A DNA stretch of 46,218 nt from positions 1 through 46,218 of IMG/VR virus record IMGVR_UViG_3300030376_003947. One strand, 5' to 3'. This stretch comes from a virus (taxonomy: Duplodnaviria > Caudoviricetes). The notes beneath the pieces are model-generated. The model was not told where the DNA came from, did no database searches, and was given only the letters and a program-made list of their open reading frames with translations. Made by a program: the position numbers and the translations under genes. Shown here in pieces: positions 35,511 through 46,218 of the stretch (position 1 is the first letter of the stretch; every line of letters starts with the position of its first letter).

Positions 35511-37727
35511 TTAGTTTTCTATTATTTTAGAAGTATAACCGTCATTTTTATATCTAGCTATACTTATATTTAATTTTTGTCTTTGTACTGTCGCGTTAGG
35601 CTTGTATAAATGTCTATTACAAGCCATAACTGCTAAACCGCTACTTATAGCAGCGTCAAATTTTGTACGTTTATTTATATCAAACCTAGCCCAGTCATTT
35701 AAAGTTTCATTAAAATACATGTTACCTATGCTACCATCTGCTTTTGATCCTACGTTGTTTTGTATATACATCTCAATAGCAGCTGCGTGCGCTTGTTTAA
35801 TATCTTCACTTGAGTTTGGTATACCACCTATTTCTTTTTCTGCAACAGACAGTTTATTCCAAACTTTATCAGGTCTATTCATACTATAACCCCTGTAACC
35901 TCTACGTCTTAAATAGTATAGTAATCTTGGTTTGTTATTTTCTGCAAGTATTGGCATGCCATAAAATACTAATGCCATTAAAACATCTTCAAAAAATATA
36001 TCTGCAGTTTGTGGTCTTGCTACATATTCTAAAAAAAACTGACTTGGTGGTGCGTCTTCCATGCTAAACTTGGTTAAGCCGTGCAAAGCACCTTTTGAAC
36101 CTTTACCATCTACCGTACCACTAATATCGTAGCTATCACAACCAAAAGCACCCATATGATCGTTGCCAGGATATTTAGCACCATTTTTTATTATTATATT
36201 GTTTTGCAAATTACTTGGCGGTGTCCAACTAATTTTAAATCTACCTTTTAAATCTGGATAAAATATAACGCTTGTGTCTTGAACGCCATTTAACCATTGA
36301 AAATTACCTGTTGAAATACCTAGTGTTCTTGACATTTCTTCGTTGTAATCTATTTGTTCGTATATTTTTACTAAGTTAAATATACTGTTTTGTGCCTCAT
36401 CTCTAAACGCGTGTTCAGTAGTTCTTGGAAATTGTCTATAAAACTCGTTTAATGCATCACTATCACCTTTTAAACCATCAGCTTCATTTTGCCAGTGATC
36501 TACAATACCTACATCTATTAATTCCCCATCGGGTCCGATAACATCTGTGTCAGGACTATTAAATACTGGATGTCCGTGCTCATCAATAAATCCTTCGTAG
36601 TTCCATTCCATTGGGATAAACAAAGAGTAAAGACCAGACTTCGTTTGACCATTTCTATTTCTTTGTGTGACATCTGATGCGTTGTATAGTTTTTTAAAAT
36701 TGTCTCCACCTTTGTCTAATGCGTTTGATGTTGAGCCCATCATACATTTACCAACTATTCTACTACCTAATCGCAAACATGTTTTTGTAACTCTCCAGTT
36801 GTTTAATATATTATCAGGTCTTTCCCACTTACCACTTTCATCATGTACTAGCAAATTAAGCTTTTCTCCGTCATAACTGTTGTCACCTGTATTTTTCCAG
36901 TCAATAGTAGTATCAAGTCCAACCAAGTCTTCCTGCTTTTCGTTTGTAGTAATTTTTTTACGCGTGAACTTACTTGCAGGAACTCTATAAGCAAGTTCAG
37001 ACTTAGGCCTATCCATACCATCTTGAATCGGTTTAAAGAAAAACGGATAGTTGATTGATATTGGAACAACTTTGTCTGTAAACATTTTTTTAGCATCTGC
37101 ACCTGTTTTAGAGAGTATACCAAACCTACTATCACTTGCTAATGTAGCTTGGTTAACTGTTTCTGCTGAAGACATGAAAGAAAATCCAGACCTACGATTT
37201 TTAAGGTAGCACATCCCGTAACATCTTTTGTCGGCTTTACAAGCTTCCCAGAATATATAAAATAGTCGATTTGCTTCTCTAAAATCAGGCGCACCTACAT
37301 CTATTTTACTCCACTGTAAGTACATGTAATGTGTACCTGTTATGTATGTTGGCTTACCTTTGTTATCAAACCAAAAGCCTTGTTCTCTACGCTTAAACTC
37401 TTCGTCTATATAATCATACCACTGCTCTTTAGCTTCGTCAGGATAAGCTCTCCAGTCAAATATATTTTTTAATTTACCTAACTGTTTTGGCTGTTCAAAC
37501 CTAACCCACTTTTTTTCTTTGTTGCTATACACACTGCTAGCTTTTGGCAAGGCTATTTTAAGGTTTTGTATTTCGTATATATCACCTATTTGACCTGTTC
37601 TACTTATAACAACAATATCGTGTTCTTTATTGTAACCGTATTTCCACTTTTTACTTTTATTTAACCTAGTTATAGTGGTTTTTTTTACGGGCTCTATTAC
37701 ATTTAAAAGCTTTTGTTCGTAACTCAT
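35511..37727 (-). CDS. terL: Terminase large subunit
   Basis: Walker A-like LKNRRSGFS, Walker B LLVHDESGKW, MMGSTSN coupling motif, nuclease AFGCDSYD and FDAAISSG. Confidence 0.9.
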   Translation of the reverse strand: MSYEQKLLNVIEPVKKTTITRLNKSKKWKYGYNKEHDIVVISRTGQIGDIYEIQNLKIALPKASSVYSNKEKKWVRFEQPKQLGKLKNIFDWRAYPDEAKEQWYDYIDEEFKRREQGFWFDNKGKPTYITGTHYMYLQWSKIDVGAPDFREANRLFYIFWEACKADKRCYGMCYLKNRRSGFSFMSSAETVNQATLASDSRFGILSKTGADAKKMFTDKVVPISINYPFFFKPIQDGMDRPKSELAYRVPASKFTRKKITTNEKQEDLVGLDTTIDWKNTGDNSYDGEKLNLLVHDESGKWERPDNILNNWRVTKTCLRLGSRIVGKCMMGSTSNALDKGGDNFKKLYNASDVTQRNRNGQTKSGLYSLFIPMEWNYEGFIDEHGHPVFNSPDTDVIGPDGELIDVGIVDHWQNEADGLKGDSDALNEFYRQFPRTTEHAFRDEAQNSIFNLVKIYEQIDYNEEMSRTLGISTGNFQWLNGVQDTSVIFYPDLKGRFKISWTPPSNLQNNIIIKNGAKYPGNDHMGAFGCDSYDISGTVDGKGSKGALHGLTKFSMEDAPPSQFFLEYVARPQTADIFFEDVLMALVFYGMPILAENNKPRLLYYLRRRGYRGYSMNRPDKVWNKLSVAEKEIGGIPNSSEDIKQAHAAAIEMYIQNNVGSKADGSIGNMYFNETLNDWARFDINKRTKFDAAISSGLAVMACNRHLYKPNATVQRQKLNISIARYKNDGYTSKIIEN

Positions 37728-37999
37728 CTTGATCTACCTTCAGCAAAGCCCTTAAATACTTTGTTTTCTTTTTTAACTTCTCTACCTTCAAGTACGTTCT
37801 CTTCTTCTTGTATTCTGTTTAATATTTCAAAAGCATCGAATATAGCTAGCTTTTTTGTAGCAGCAGCGTTTTTAAGTCTGTCAGCACTAACATCATCTTC
37901 TGTGTTAGTTATTATTTTTTCTTTAGCAACGTTGATTAATTCTTCAACTGCCCTGTGCCCAGCTTGGATTATAAGCTTCTTCGTCTCCTTGATATTCAT
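37724..37999 (-). CDS. Small helical protein, possibly terminase small subunit (91 aa; start reassigned to ATG 37999)
   Basis: MNIKETKK...; immediately upstream of terL with an ATGA overlap. Confidence 0.55.
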   Translation of the reverse strand: MNIKETKKLIIQAGHRAVEELINVAKEKIITNTEDDVSADRLKNAAATKKLAIFDAFEILNRIQEEENVLEGREVKKENKVFKGFAEGRSR

Positions 38000-38534
38000 A
38001 TTTAATTGTAATATTATTAGATTTAACGCGATACAACCTTGTGCCGTCAATAACAAACTCGTATTTAGAGTTAGGTGTAAAGCCAATTAAAGAACCTTTT
38101 TCAACAATACCATCGGTGTAAACAACAATACCTTTAAAAGGTTCTTCTTTGTCTTCAGAAAAAATGTTTGTGTTTTTAATTGGCTGCACAAAACAATAGC
38201 CATCTATACACGACCACTCATTATTTCTTTTGTATGCAAAAACTTGATCGTAAGATATTATAAAATCGTCACGATTTAAAAAAGCTCTACCGTTACGCTC
38301 TTTACCTTTCATATCATGGTATCTTCTAAAAACATTATGATGAACAACTATTTCATCTCCTATTTTTATTGGCGTGTATATCGCCAGTGGCACCTGTTTA
38401 ACAATAGCGTTTCTATTTATGTACTTGTGGTTAAATATTTCTGTGTTTAAAACTAACTCAGAGTCACCAACTTTTTTTGTATTGTTATATCTTTGACCTA
38501 CTGGTGATATAATGTAGTCATATAAGCATTTCAT
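37944..38534 (-). CDS. GroES-like (co-chaperonin fold) protein, apparently two tandem units
   Basis: YIISP...AIVKQVP...IKIGDEIVVHHNV and CFVQP...GIVVY...VEKGSLIGF...FVIDGTRLYRVKSNNI both echo the GroES strand pattern. Confidence 0.55.
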   Translation of the reverse strand: MKCLYDYIISPVGQRYNNTKKVGDSELVLNTEIFNHKYINRNAIVKQVPLAIYTPIKIGDEIVVHHNVFRRYHDMKGKERNGRAFLNRDDFIISYDQVFAYKRNNEWSCIDGYCFVQPIKNTNIFSEDKEEPFKGIVVYTDGIVEKGSLIGFTPNSKYEFVIDGTRLYRVKSNNITIKYEYQGDEEAYNPSWAQGS

Positions 38535-38755
38535 TAGTATTGTAAATCGTACTCTACAGCTACAGCCATATTTTTGTTAAAATCTTTCCAAGGCAAAACA
38601 TCCTTATTTTTTTTAATATAAACAGAATATTTATCCTCTTCTTCTATAATATGACATATAGTATGACCGCCATAAACTTCTTGATTAACAGCGTAATGCA
38701 TTGCATCATTTTTATAGTTAGACCCTATACTTATTTTACGAATTACTTTTGCCAT
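38534..38755 (-). CDS. Conserved hypothetical phage protein (73 aa from ATG 38755)
   Basis: MAKVIRKISIGSNYKNDAMHY...; TAATG coupling to the next gene. Confidence 0.7.
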   Translation of the reverse strand: MAKVIRKISIGSNYKNDAMHYAVNQEVYGGHTICHIIEEEDKYSVYIKKNKDVLPWKDFNKNMAVAVEYDLQY

Positions 38756-39011
38756 CTTCAACTTCAGTAATTACTCCAGTTCGTATATCAACGTCTACCT
38801 TGCCATATTTTTCTTGTAACTCAGTGCTAATTGCTTGCATTTTTTGCTGTAACTCTACATAGTTGTGCATCAACATATGTTTTCTTATTTCAATTTCAGC
38901 TATTTGCAACTTAGCAACATTCATTTGATCTGCAAGCGTTTGTAAACCTTCTAATTCTTCTTTTGTTAATTTTTTAGTTAAGTCTACTTTGGGTGTTTTT
39001 CTTTTTGCCAT
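38736..39011 (-). CDS. Hypothetical coiled-coil protein (91 aa)
   Basis: Heptad pattern followed by YGKVDVDIRTG; first gene after the putative promoter. Confidence 0.7.
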   Translation of the reverse strand: MAKRKTPKVDLTKKLTKEELEGLQTLADQMNVAKLQIAEIEIRKHMLMHNYVELQQKMQAISTELQEKYGKVDVDIRTGVITEVEDGKSNS

Positions 39012-39047
39012 AATTTTATTTAATTTAATTTATTGTTATTTATCTAC

Positions 39048-39074
39048 TTATAATATTACATGAAATAGTGATTA
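39048..39074 (-). promoter_or_regulatory. Putative phage promoter upstream of the packaging/head operon
   Basis: TAATCACTAtttcATGTAAtatTATAA; matches 18588-18614. Confidence 0.65.
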
Positions 39075-39080
39075 ATTACA

Positions 39081-39341
39081 CTAATCATCTAGTTCTGATA
39101 TATATGTATTTTCTTCTAGCTCTTCAACTTCAATGCCCGTACCATCACCTACCCAGCTACTATGGTTTGTAAACGTGTAGTTTGAGCAAGTCTCTATAGT
39201 ATTAAACTTACGTACACGATCATCAACCGTGTCTGTTGTAACTATTATTCTTTGTGTATCGTCTAAGCTTTTACGCATAAACGTTATATTTTCTTTATTA
39301 AGTGTATCAAACACTTCTGATGTTACTATATAATAATTCAT
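39081..39341 (-). CDS. Small acidic hypothetical protein (86 aa), possibly a fibre accessory
   Basis: Starts 1 nt after the LamG gene; TAG stop. Confidence 0.65.
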   Translation of the reverse strand: MNYYIVTSEVFDTLNKENITFMRKSLDDTQRIIVTTDTVDDRVRKFNTIETCSNYTFTNHSSWVGDGTGIEVEELEENTYISELDD

Positions 39342-39342
39342 A

Positions 39343-40443
39343 TTATTTATTTACTATTGCTGATCCTCCAGATATTGTAAAGTTATCATTAGAAGTTGTA
39401 GCATTACCATTACCTTCCCATTGCCAATATCCTTTTAATTTGCCTGCAGCGCTATGAGTTGTTACATCGAAAGCAGTGCCACTGTTATACAGTTCAGTCA
39501 CTTCAGTAGCGCTTAGTTCTTTTTGAAATATTACTAAATCATTATAAAGTGTAGCTGAGCTATTACCACATTTTATTTGGTCGTTACTAGAACCATGCAC
39601 ACCATTACTACCAACACTCCACAATCTATTATTTGTAGAACTCATTGCTGGACTACCACTACCAACACTTGTTTGTAAAGGCGCTGCGCCAGCTGCATTA
39701 GCATTCCAATACAGTTTCATTGCTGCGGCACTATTTGTTGTTGATTTAGTGATAGTAATCATAGTGTAGTTGTCGCTATTTACATAACCTCTGTTACTAG
39801 CGCTCCAAAATGTACTACCTAAACCAGCCGCAGCATAACCAGCTGCATAAGCACCTGAGTTTGAGTGAAATAACCAGGCAGCGTTTTTATACCAAGTATC
39901 TGATGATGTTGTTTTGTTACCATACCTACACTCTAACCTGTTATTAGATTCGTTGTAAAGTATTTTAATCATATCTGACAATTGGTATGAAGCACCTGAT
40001 TTTTGACCAATTATAAAATGTATATTAGTGTTTAAAGCATTACTCCAACCTGCTTTAATCCAAAATGATATTGTCCACTCTGTACCGCCATTAAAATTAA
40101 ATGTATCATCAGTATCAGTAAATGTAATCGCATTACTACTACCAGTTGATATTGTTTTAGAAACTGCTTTAGCATTTACAAATGAAGGCGCAGCATCATG
40201 GTCATAACCACCGTACTGCTTCATAGCAACCTCTCTACCAGTAGCCCAAGTATCTTCTCCGCTAAACGTAGGTTTGCTTGGAGAGTTTTGATTTATAGTA
40301 TAACTTGAAGCTAAACCACGCAAAGACACGCCAACTCTTTCTCTGTTTGGATTTGGAACAGCCACGTAAACATTGTTTTCAAGCTCTTCTTTCATTCCTA
40401 ACAAACTTATTCCTTGATTACTTGCATCAGTTGGTATTGCCAT
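39343..40443 (-). CDS. LamG/concanavalin A-like domain protein (tail or receptor-binding associated)
   Basis: [38 protein letters not shown] and [10 protein letters not shown] motifs. Confidence 0.8.
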   Translation of the reverse strand: MAIPTDASNQGISLLGMKEELENNVYVAVPNPNRERVGVSLRGLASSYTINQNSPSKPTFSGEDTWATGREVAMKQYGGYDHDAAPSFVNAKAVSKTISTGSSNAITFTDTDDTFNFNGGTEWTISFWIKAGWSNALNTNIHFIIGQKSGASYQLSDMIKILYNESNNRLECRYGNKTTSSDTWYKNAAWLFHSNSGAYAAGYAAAGLGSTFWSASNRGYVNSDNYTMITITKSTTNSAAAMKLYWNANAAGAAPLQTSVGSGSPAMSSTNNRLWSVGSNGVHGSSNDQIKCGNSSATLYNDLVIFQKELSATEVTELYNSGTAFDVTTHSAAGKLKGYWQWEGNGNATTSNDNFTISGGSAIVNK

Positions 40444-43400
40444 TTACTAGTTTTTTTAGTTCATCAATTTGTTTTTGTTGTTCTTGTATAGCGTTTGTTA
40501 ATACAACAACCATCTTTGCATAATCTATACCTAGTTTTGTATCTTCAGTACCTATAATTTTAGATTCGTTTATTACTTCTGGCACAATCTCTTGAACATC
40601 TTGAGAAACAAAACCTATCATACTACCCTTACCTTTTTTGTAAGATTCTTTCCATTCGTATCTGACTGGCTTTAATTTTAAAACTTCATCTAAACCATAG
40701 TTTAAAGTTTCTATATTTTTCTTAAGTTTTCTATCAGATGTTAAAATTTGTGAATCAGCAGTTACATCTTGTAAAACTTCAAGACTACCCTCGTAACCTA
40801 ACTCCATTAATTCTACGTCAGGGTTTCCTGACACACCTTTCCACCATCTAATTTCACCAGCATCATCTGCAGATGACCAATCTTGATACAAACCGTCGGT
40901 AGCATTACCTACTTTCAAGCCTGTGTTGTATATCGAGGTAAGATTTGTGTTGTTTGGATTGAGTCCAATAGTTACTTTGGATGTTGGATTTGCTAGAGAT
41001 GTTCCACCGCTTATTAACAAGCCACCGCTATAACTTCCGGACGAGTTGGTTGTCATAGCCAGCATTAAATCGTATAAAAATACTTTTTTAATTGGATTAT
41101 TAGCAGTTTCGTTAGGATCATCAACTATAAAGGCGGTGTCTCTAAAACTAAATTTTTCTGTTGTAGTATTTCCAGCTACAATCAGTTCTGTTTGGCTGTT
41201 AATATCCAAATCCATTTCATTGCCATCTAGAGCCATACCGTTTCCAGCGGCTCTTTGGGTATTAGTGTTAGAGTCTGTTCTCCAAGCTGGATTACCACTA
41301 CCGTCTGTTTTCCATACCTTATTGGATTGTCCATTACCAGAAGCAACATAACCAACCGAAGAAGAACTATTGGCAATCCAAGTGTTATTATCTGTCCACG
41401 GCACGTTAACATAAGCTTTTTGATTAGATAGTGTAACTGCATAGTTTCTCTGACTACCGTTTGTGCTAAAACCTGTTTTAATACCACCCAACGCACCAGA
41501 ACTTGCTGCAGGTAATGTATAACCACCAGAACCGGTGTAAGCTATACTTAGAGCACTACCATTTGTTCTAGTAACACTTATATCTGTTCCACCTGTAAAT
41601 TCAATATCATCTGTTGTTCCACCAGAAGCGCTTAATCGTAATTTTGTTGTATTGGTAGGAACGCTTACTGAATATGTTTGACCACTACTAGCATTATTAT
41701 CCACATAATCTACAACTGCAGCTGACGTAGGTATTGTAGTATCATTATCATTATTACCAATGCCTTCTGATTCAGTTACAATTACATCGGCAGTCATGTT
41801 TCCAATATCAATGTTAGTTATCGAATTACCAGTACCGTTAGCATCTATACTTTTATTTGTAAATGTTTGTGTGTTAGATGCTGTAGTTGTACCAGTGTTT
41901 GCTGTAGGAGTAAACCCTAAAGCTGTAGTTACATTAGAACTAGTAATTTCTCCTCTGATAGTAGCAGATGATTTATTTTCTACACTACCTAAACCAACGT
42001 CTGATTTAGTTGTGTTTGAGTTTAAATGATTCGAACCTGCAGGAGCAGAGTTTGTAATAGTAATAGTAGGTCCAGATCGCGATGTAGTTATACCTGTTCC
42101 TCCATCAATACTTACTGTTGTTCCATGAGTTATAGTTCCTGCGCTATTACCGTCTGAATCAAGATTCCAACTTGACATTGTACCACCTCCAGCACTTGAT
42201 ACCTCAGCATCTACATAAGCCTTAATACTTTGCTGTGTAGCTAGAGCTGTAGCACTATTGCTACCCATAGCGTCCTCATCTAATATTGTAGTAATTGTAG
42301 CTCCAGTACCAACTTTTAATCCATTATCAACATGAAGTCCACTTGAATCAAGAGTTGCTTGAACTACATTACTACCGCCAAATATCTTTTGTTGAAATTT
42401 CATTTTACCAGTAGGGTTGCAAAATATACTAACCTCGTCAGGAGTTGATGAGCCATTAGTTTCACGCCCATTAATAAACCTCATGGTAGGAGATGAACCT
42501 ACACCATCATTTAGTATAAGAGAGCCTGTAATAGTTTTTGTACCTCCTATAGTTGTTGTACCTGTATTTGGCACATATAAAGAAGCAGCAGATGTTGCCG
42601 CAGCACTTATTGCATCAGCTTCAGCTGTGTCTACATAAGTCTCTGTTGCAAGACCTGATATTGACGGTATTGTTGTATCACCACGTAAAGCTGTTGAATT
42701 ACTAGTACCAAAACCTGGAAATGAAGTTTTAGCTGTATTAGCTGCTACTGCAGTTGCATTGCTTATGTCTACACTACCACCACGATCTAAAGATATAGTA
42801 TTACCAGATATACTTAAGTCTTGCGTGTCAGTATCTGCTATAACAGCATTATCAACATAGTCTTTTACTGCAGCTGATGTAGGTATTGTTGTGTCGTTAT
42901 CATTACTACCAATTCCTTCTGATTCAATTACTACAGCAGACGCTTTAAAGTTTGAAACTACTAGATCAGAAATAGTATTGTTATCAGCGTCTATAGTTTT
43001 ATTAGTTAGTGTTTGAGAAGCATTTAAAACACAATTTGCTGCAGAGTTACCAGAAAAACCTAAATCACTTAAACTAAGCGTTCTAGTACCCATAGCTGTA
43101 ATATGACCAGTTGAGTTTGTTGTAATTGAATCTACTATTGTAGAACCACTTGTGTTTATATTTGTTGTTGAGTATGTTGGGTGAGTATAAACAGTGTCTG
43201 TGTAATAACTACTGTGTATCACAGCTTCTTCACCACTTACTGACCAGTCTATAGCAGCGTTACCAGTAGGTATTGTTGTGCTATTATAAGCATTTGAGCC
43301 AAATGTAAATGATACGGTACTACCGTTAGTAACTCCAAACTGAAGGGCATTTGAATTTGCCGGTTTTGTTATACTACTTAAAAACTTGTTAGTGTCAGTG

Positions 43401-45985
43401 TTAGTTACTGTTTCCGTTGCAACTCCAATACCAGTAACGTGACCGTTATCATCTAATGTTATATCTTGTATGTAAGTTCTACCTGAGTTGTCTAAGTTTG
43501 AAGATGCAGCCGTTATATCTTCGTGCTGAGTGTATGTTCCTGCAGCGGTTATTGCCGTAGCATTATTACTAATTGCCGTAGCATTATTACTAATTGCTGT
43601 AGCGTTGGTAGCAATACCAGAAATATCTTGGTCTCCAGTAAGAACAGTGCTACCAGCTACTACACTATGTGAAAATACAAACCTGTCATTAGAAGCATCC
43701 CATAACATTGTAGCGTTGTTAGACGCATCAACAGCATCTTGTATTGTTATACCAGCATTATCAGCTGAAGCTGAAGAGTCACCCGAGCTGTAGTTTAGTG
43801 TTATATTATTATCTTCTACGTTTAAGTTTGTAGTATCTATTGTAGTTGTAGTACCGTTTACGTTTAAATTTCCAGCTATTGTTACAGCACCTGGAAAAGA
43901 CCAATCACCCGCGTGGTTATATGAAGTCGTATTAAATGACGAGGAATTTGCAGCTCTAGTATAAAGGTTCATTATACCACCTCTAGTTGTTGTACCACCT
44001 CCCTGAGTGGTTGTTCTAATTAAACCTATCCGATCATCTGTACCTTCAGCGGCTGACGTGGAAAAATTAATATCACCTATTATTACACCGTCTCCTGTTG
44101 CATCACGTCTAAATGTTTTCGTGGCTACTGCGGTAGAACCTTTATTAATTACAACATCTCCTGTAAAAGTACCACCATTTGCAGCTGACACAAAGTCTGT
44201 AGGAACTGTATCTGTAAATACAGCGCTACTTGGAACAGCTGTTTTAACATTGTCAAAAGCCCAATCAGAAGATATAGCTGTAGTAGTTGCTCCATCAGTT
44301 GGCGTGCTAGATATAGCTCTTTGTGACGTTATATATGCACTAGTATCTATAGAATATGAACCACTACCGTCAGTCTTCATAAAACCTGAACTACCACTAA
44401 AATCACCATCCATTATAGCACCAGCAGCCGCTACATTTGTGGCGTCCGTTACATCTGCATTGTTTTCCACACCAGTTGCGGTGGAATATGTATTGGTATC
44501 AATAGAGTAAGATCCAGCGCTTGAGCCCCTTTTCATAAATCCTTGCGAGGTAAAATCACCGTCCATTATAGCGCCTGCGGCAGCAACGTTAGTAGCGTCT
44601 GTTACATCAGCATTGTTTTCTACACCGGTCGCCGTTGAGTACGTGTTTGAATCAGTTGAGCCATCAGCTTTTAAAAAATCTGAAGACGAGCCTCCATTTT
44701 TAATAATACTACCGTGAGCATATACATTACCTACGTGTATTTCTGCCGTGGGATCATTTGCAGTATCAAAAAGAGTTGTTCCACTAGTTATTGATGCAGC
44801 TGTTAAAGTACCTGAGGCAGGGTAATTTGACGAAAACCTATGTCTAGCTTCAACGTATGCTACCGAGTAATCAGCACAAGTTACCCATACATACATGTTT
44901 CCAGAACCATCGTCTATAAGTCTTGCGTGTACTCTATCGTTTGCAACATCTTGATCGTCTGCTTCATACCACCAAGTTCCTCTTGCAGTTCCTGATCTTT
45001 GCGCGAAGTTGAAATGTAATGTACAGTTGTTAGTAGTAGTACCGTAATCATATGCAAAATGTACTGTTGCTGAAATTGCGCCATCAGTGCTAGAACCGTG
45101 TTCTATCTTACCAATTAAAAAACTACCACCACCAGCACCGGTAGATAATTCGTAATTTCTAAGGTATACATTGGTACCAACTTTTTCATTTATATTATTT
45201 ATGTTTCCTGCAGCAGTTATATTGTTAACAGTTAAATTTCTACTTAAATCTATAAATTGTGTACTACCACCGTCACCAATATACAATCCATTGTTTGCCG
45301 CTGTTGAATCTGCGCCATAAAATCTAAACTCATTTCTATTTGACCAATCAGTTGTGTTACTAGGAAAACTATAAGAACGCCAACCACCTTCTGCAGCAAA
45401 TACTACTTCTTCAGCTGAAAGGTTTAAGTTGTTATATATTGTACTTTTAACATCACCAGCTAAAATTGCAACTCCATCATCATTACCTAAAATAACACCA
45501 CCATTATTACTTACCCTAGAAAGTATTGTTAACTCAGTACCAGACCTATCAACTCTTAGCAAAGGCACTTCTGATGAGTATTCTCCACTAGCTGTTGTTG
45601 GCTCATAGTCAAATAGTATATAACCAGCGTTTGTGCCAAATGTCATTTTACTATTTATAGTTGTAGCAGGTAAAGTTACAGAACCATTAATAGTTGGTGT
45701 TTCTAAAACTAAATTTGTATTACTACCACCTAACGTTAAAGTTCTTGTCGAGCTAGAATCAGCAAAAATAGCCATGTTTTGTTCAAACCTTATATCTACA
45801 GCGTTTGTTCCATCTCCAATATATACATCATCACTACCATTACCTAGCAATATATCTCCAACAGCATTACTTATAACTAAATCATCACCTGTTTGTGATA
45901 TTTTACCAGCATTAGCACCTGCAGTTGTTTTAAACTGTATATCATTTGCTGTTTCTAAATTTATGTTGCTTAAAAATTTTGCCAT
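40427..45985 (-). CDS. Tail fibre protein with a C-terminal peptidase S74 intramolecular chaperone
   Basis: Ser/Thr/Gly-rich modular repeats; SDRKLKKNI...LKPVRYEWK...GFVSQDV...IDYAKM...[13 protein letters not shown]. Confidence 0.9.
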   Translation of the reverse strand: MAKFLSNINLETANDIQFKTTAGANAGKISQTGDDLVISNAVGDILLGNGSDDVYIGDGTNAVDIRFEQNMAIFADSSSTRTLTLGGSNTNLVLETPTINGSVTLPATTINSKMTFGTNAGYILFDYEPTTASGEYSSEVPLLRVDRSGTELTILSRVSNNGGVILGNDDGVAILAGDVKSTIYNNLNLSAEEVVFAAEGGWRSYSFPSNTTDWSNRNEFRFYGADSTAANNGLYIGDGGSTQFIDLSRNLTVNNITAAGNINNINEKVGTNVYLRNYELSTGAGGGSFLIGKIEHGSSTDGAISATVHFAYDYGTTTNNCTLHFNFAQRSGTARGTWWYEADDQDVANDRVHARLIDDGSGNMYVWVTCADYSVAYVEARHRFSSNYPASGTLTAASITSGTTLFDTANDPTAEIHVGNVYAHGSIIKNGGSSSDFLKADGSTDSNTYSTATGVENNADVTDATNVAAAGAIMDGDFTSQGFMKRGSSAGSYSIDTNTYSTATGVENNADVTDATNVAAAGAIMDGDFSGSSGFMKTDGSGSYSIDTSAYITSQRAISSTPTDGATTTAISSDWAFDNVKTAVPSSAVFTDTVPTDFVSAANGGTFTGDVVINKGSTAVATKTFRRDATGDGVIIGDINFSTSAAEGTDDRIGLIRTTTQGGGTTTRGGIMNLYTRAANSSSFNTTSYNHAGDWSFPGAVTIAGNLNVNGTTTTIDTTNLNVEDNNITLNYSSGDSSASADNAGITIQDAVDASNNATMLWDASNDRFVFSHSVVAGSTVLTGDQDISGIATNATAISNNATAISNNATAITAAGTYTQHEDITAASSNLDNSGRTYIQDITLDDNGHVTGIGVATETVTNTDTNKFLSSITKPANSNALQFGVTNGSTVSFTFGSNAYNSTTIPTGNAAIDWSVSGEEAVIHSSYYTDTVYTHPTYSTTNINTSGSTIVDSITTNSTGHITAMGTRTLSLSDLGFSGNSAANCVLNASQTLTNKTIDADNNTISDLVVSNFKASAVVIESEGIGSNDNDTTIPTSAAVKDYVDNAVIADTDTQDLSISGNTISLDRGGSVDISNATAVAANTAKTSFPGFGTSNSTALRGDTTIPSISGLATETYVDTAEADAISAAATSAASLYVPNTGTTTIGGTKTITGSLILNDGVGSSPTMRFINGRETNGSSTPDEVSIFCNPTGKMKFQQKIFGGSNVVQATLDSSGLHVDNGLKVGTGATITTILDEDAMGSNSATALATQQSIKAYVDAEVSSAGGGTMSSWNLDSDGNSAGTITHGTTVSIDGGTGITTSRSGPTITITNSAPAGSNHLNSNTTKSDVGLGSVENKSSATIRGEITSSNVTTALGFTPTANTGTTTASNTQTFTNKSIDANGTGNSITNIDIGNMTADVIVTESEGIGNNDNDTTIPTSAAVVDYVDNNASSGQTYSVSVPTNTTKLRLSASGGTTDDIEFTGGTDISVTRTNGSALSIAYTGSGGYTLPAASSGALGGIKTGFSTNGSQRNYAVTLSNQKAYVNVPWTDNNTWIANSSSSVGYVASGNGQSNKVWKTDGSGNPAWRTDSNTNTQRAAGNGMALDGNEMDLDINSQTELIVAGNTTTEKFSFRDTAFIVDDPNETANNPIKKVFLYDLMLAMTTNSSGSYSGGLLISGGTSLANPTSKVTIGLNPNNTNLTSIYNTGLKVGNATDGLYQDWSSADDAGEIRWWKGVSGNPDVELMELGYEGSLEVLQDVTADSQILTSDRKLKKNIETLNYGLDEVLKLKPVRYEWKESYKKGKGSMIGFVSQDVQEIVPEVINESKIIGTEDTKLGIDYAKMVVVLTNAIQEQQKQIDELKKLVNGNTN
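41697..43020 (-). repeat. Dispersed tail-fibre module repeat (QTxTNKxIDA...[26 protein letters not shown], two copies plus a degenerate one)
   Basis: Copies at about 42849-43020 and 41697-41875; related [12 protein letters not shown] near 42210-42245. Confidence 0.8.
43551..43606. repeat. 21-bp tandem repeat, about 2.7 copies, encoding ATAISNN heptads
   Basis: attgccgtagcattattacta twice exactly, then attgctgtagcgtt. Confidence 0.9.
44399..44647 (-). repeat. Tandem module with a 153-bp period; 32 identical residues per copy
   Basis: [32 protein letters not shown] at 44552-44647 and 44399-44494. Confidence 0.9.
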
Positions 45986-45994
45986 ATTTATATT

Positions 45995-46216
45995 TTATAA
46001 TCTTCCTGATATTCGTTTTCTACCTGATGCGTAATCTGCCGACGGTCTTACTGTTACTTTTGCAAAGTTATGTGGCCACATTTGTATACCGTGTGGTGGT
46101 GCTTTAGACATAGCTAAGTGTATTTCTTCTGCTTCAAAACCTTCATGAACTAAATCGTGGTCTTGAAAGTAATAACCAAACCTTAAAAAATAACTTCTAT
46201 ACTGAGGTTGTATTGT
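45995..46216 (-). CDS. 3' end of a CDS truncated by the window edge
   Basis: Open frame TIQPQYRSYFLRFGYYFQDHD...RKRISGRL* ending 9 nt before the tail fibre start. Confidence 0.6.
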   Translation of the reverse strand, partial: TIQPQYRSYFLRFGYYFQDHDLVHEGFEAEEIHLAMSKAPPHGIQMWPHNFAKVTVRPSADYASGRKRISGRL

Positions 46217-46218
46217 TA

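Noticed and set aside
37170-37210. Terminase Walker A lacking the canonical GKS/T lysine (RRSGFS) as a sign of inactivation
   Set aside because: KxRRxGxS-type variants are known in Bacteroidota phage terminases, and the other motifs are intact.
38000-38086. N-terminal extension of the 120-aa ORF
   Set aside because: It has a non-ATG start deep inside the GroES-like gene; ATG 37999 is more plausible.
39343-45985. Diversity-generating retroelement acting on the fibre genes
   Set aside because: There is no reverse transcriptase in the window. The repeat differences are synonymous at third positions rather than adenine-specific.
812-46034. The many plus-strand ORFs in the track, plus nested minus-strand ORFs at 36518, 36848 and 41227
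   Set aside because: They are shadows inside long, well-supported genes, often start at non-ATG codons, and have no recognisable motifs.
1-46218. Stop-codon reassignment as in some crAss-like phages
   Set aside because: Long genes are intact under code 11. TGA serves as a stop in ATGA overlaps, and TAG ends the gene at 39081.
1-46218. tRNA, rRNA, CRISPR array, integrase or intron/intein
   Set aside because: None recognised. Intergenic gaps are under about 95 nt and are explained by terminators or promoter-like motifs.

Overview
This window is an AT-rich segment of a tailed dsDNA phage, covering almost the whole late (virion and lysis) region. All real genes are on the minus strand except a small Hc1-like gene at the left edge. 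In reading order (right to left) it carries: tail fibre with S74 chaperone, LamG protein, small genes including a GroES-like gene, terminase, portal, scaffold, major capsid protein, two tail ring/adaptor proteins, a 2420-aa tail stabilisation protein, three probable ejection proteins (232, 557 and 3314 aa), a cassette of envelope-targeted proteins, six tiny basic ORFs, a Cys-repeat secreted protein and an M15 peptidase. Gene order, the lack of a tape measure or sheath, AT-rich leaders without an obvious SD, Gln-start signal peptides and a T9SS-like C-terminus suggest a podovirus of (probably marine) Bacteroidota; this is inference. The most striking item is the 3314-aa putative ejection protein. 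By eye it strings together a lytic transglycosylase, a PG-binding motif, an HExxH zincin, a sigma70-like domain with both region 2 and region 4 motifs, an HNH-like motif and a HAD phosphatase. It is therefore a candidate virion-delivered, self-processing polyprotein that carries its own sigma factor. All domain calls come from motif recognition by eye; no searches were run.
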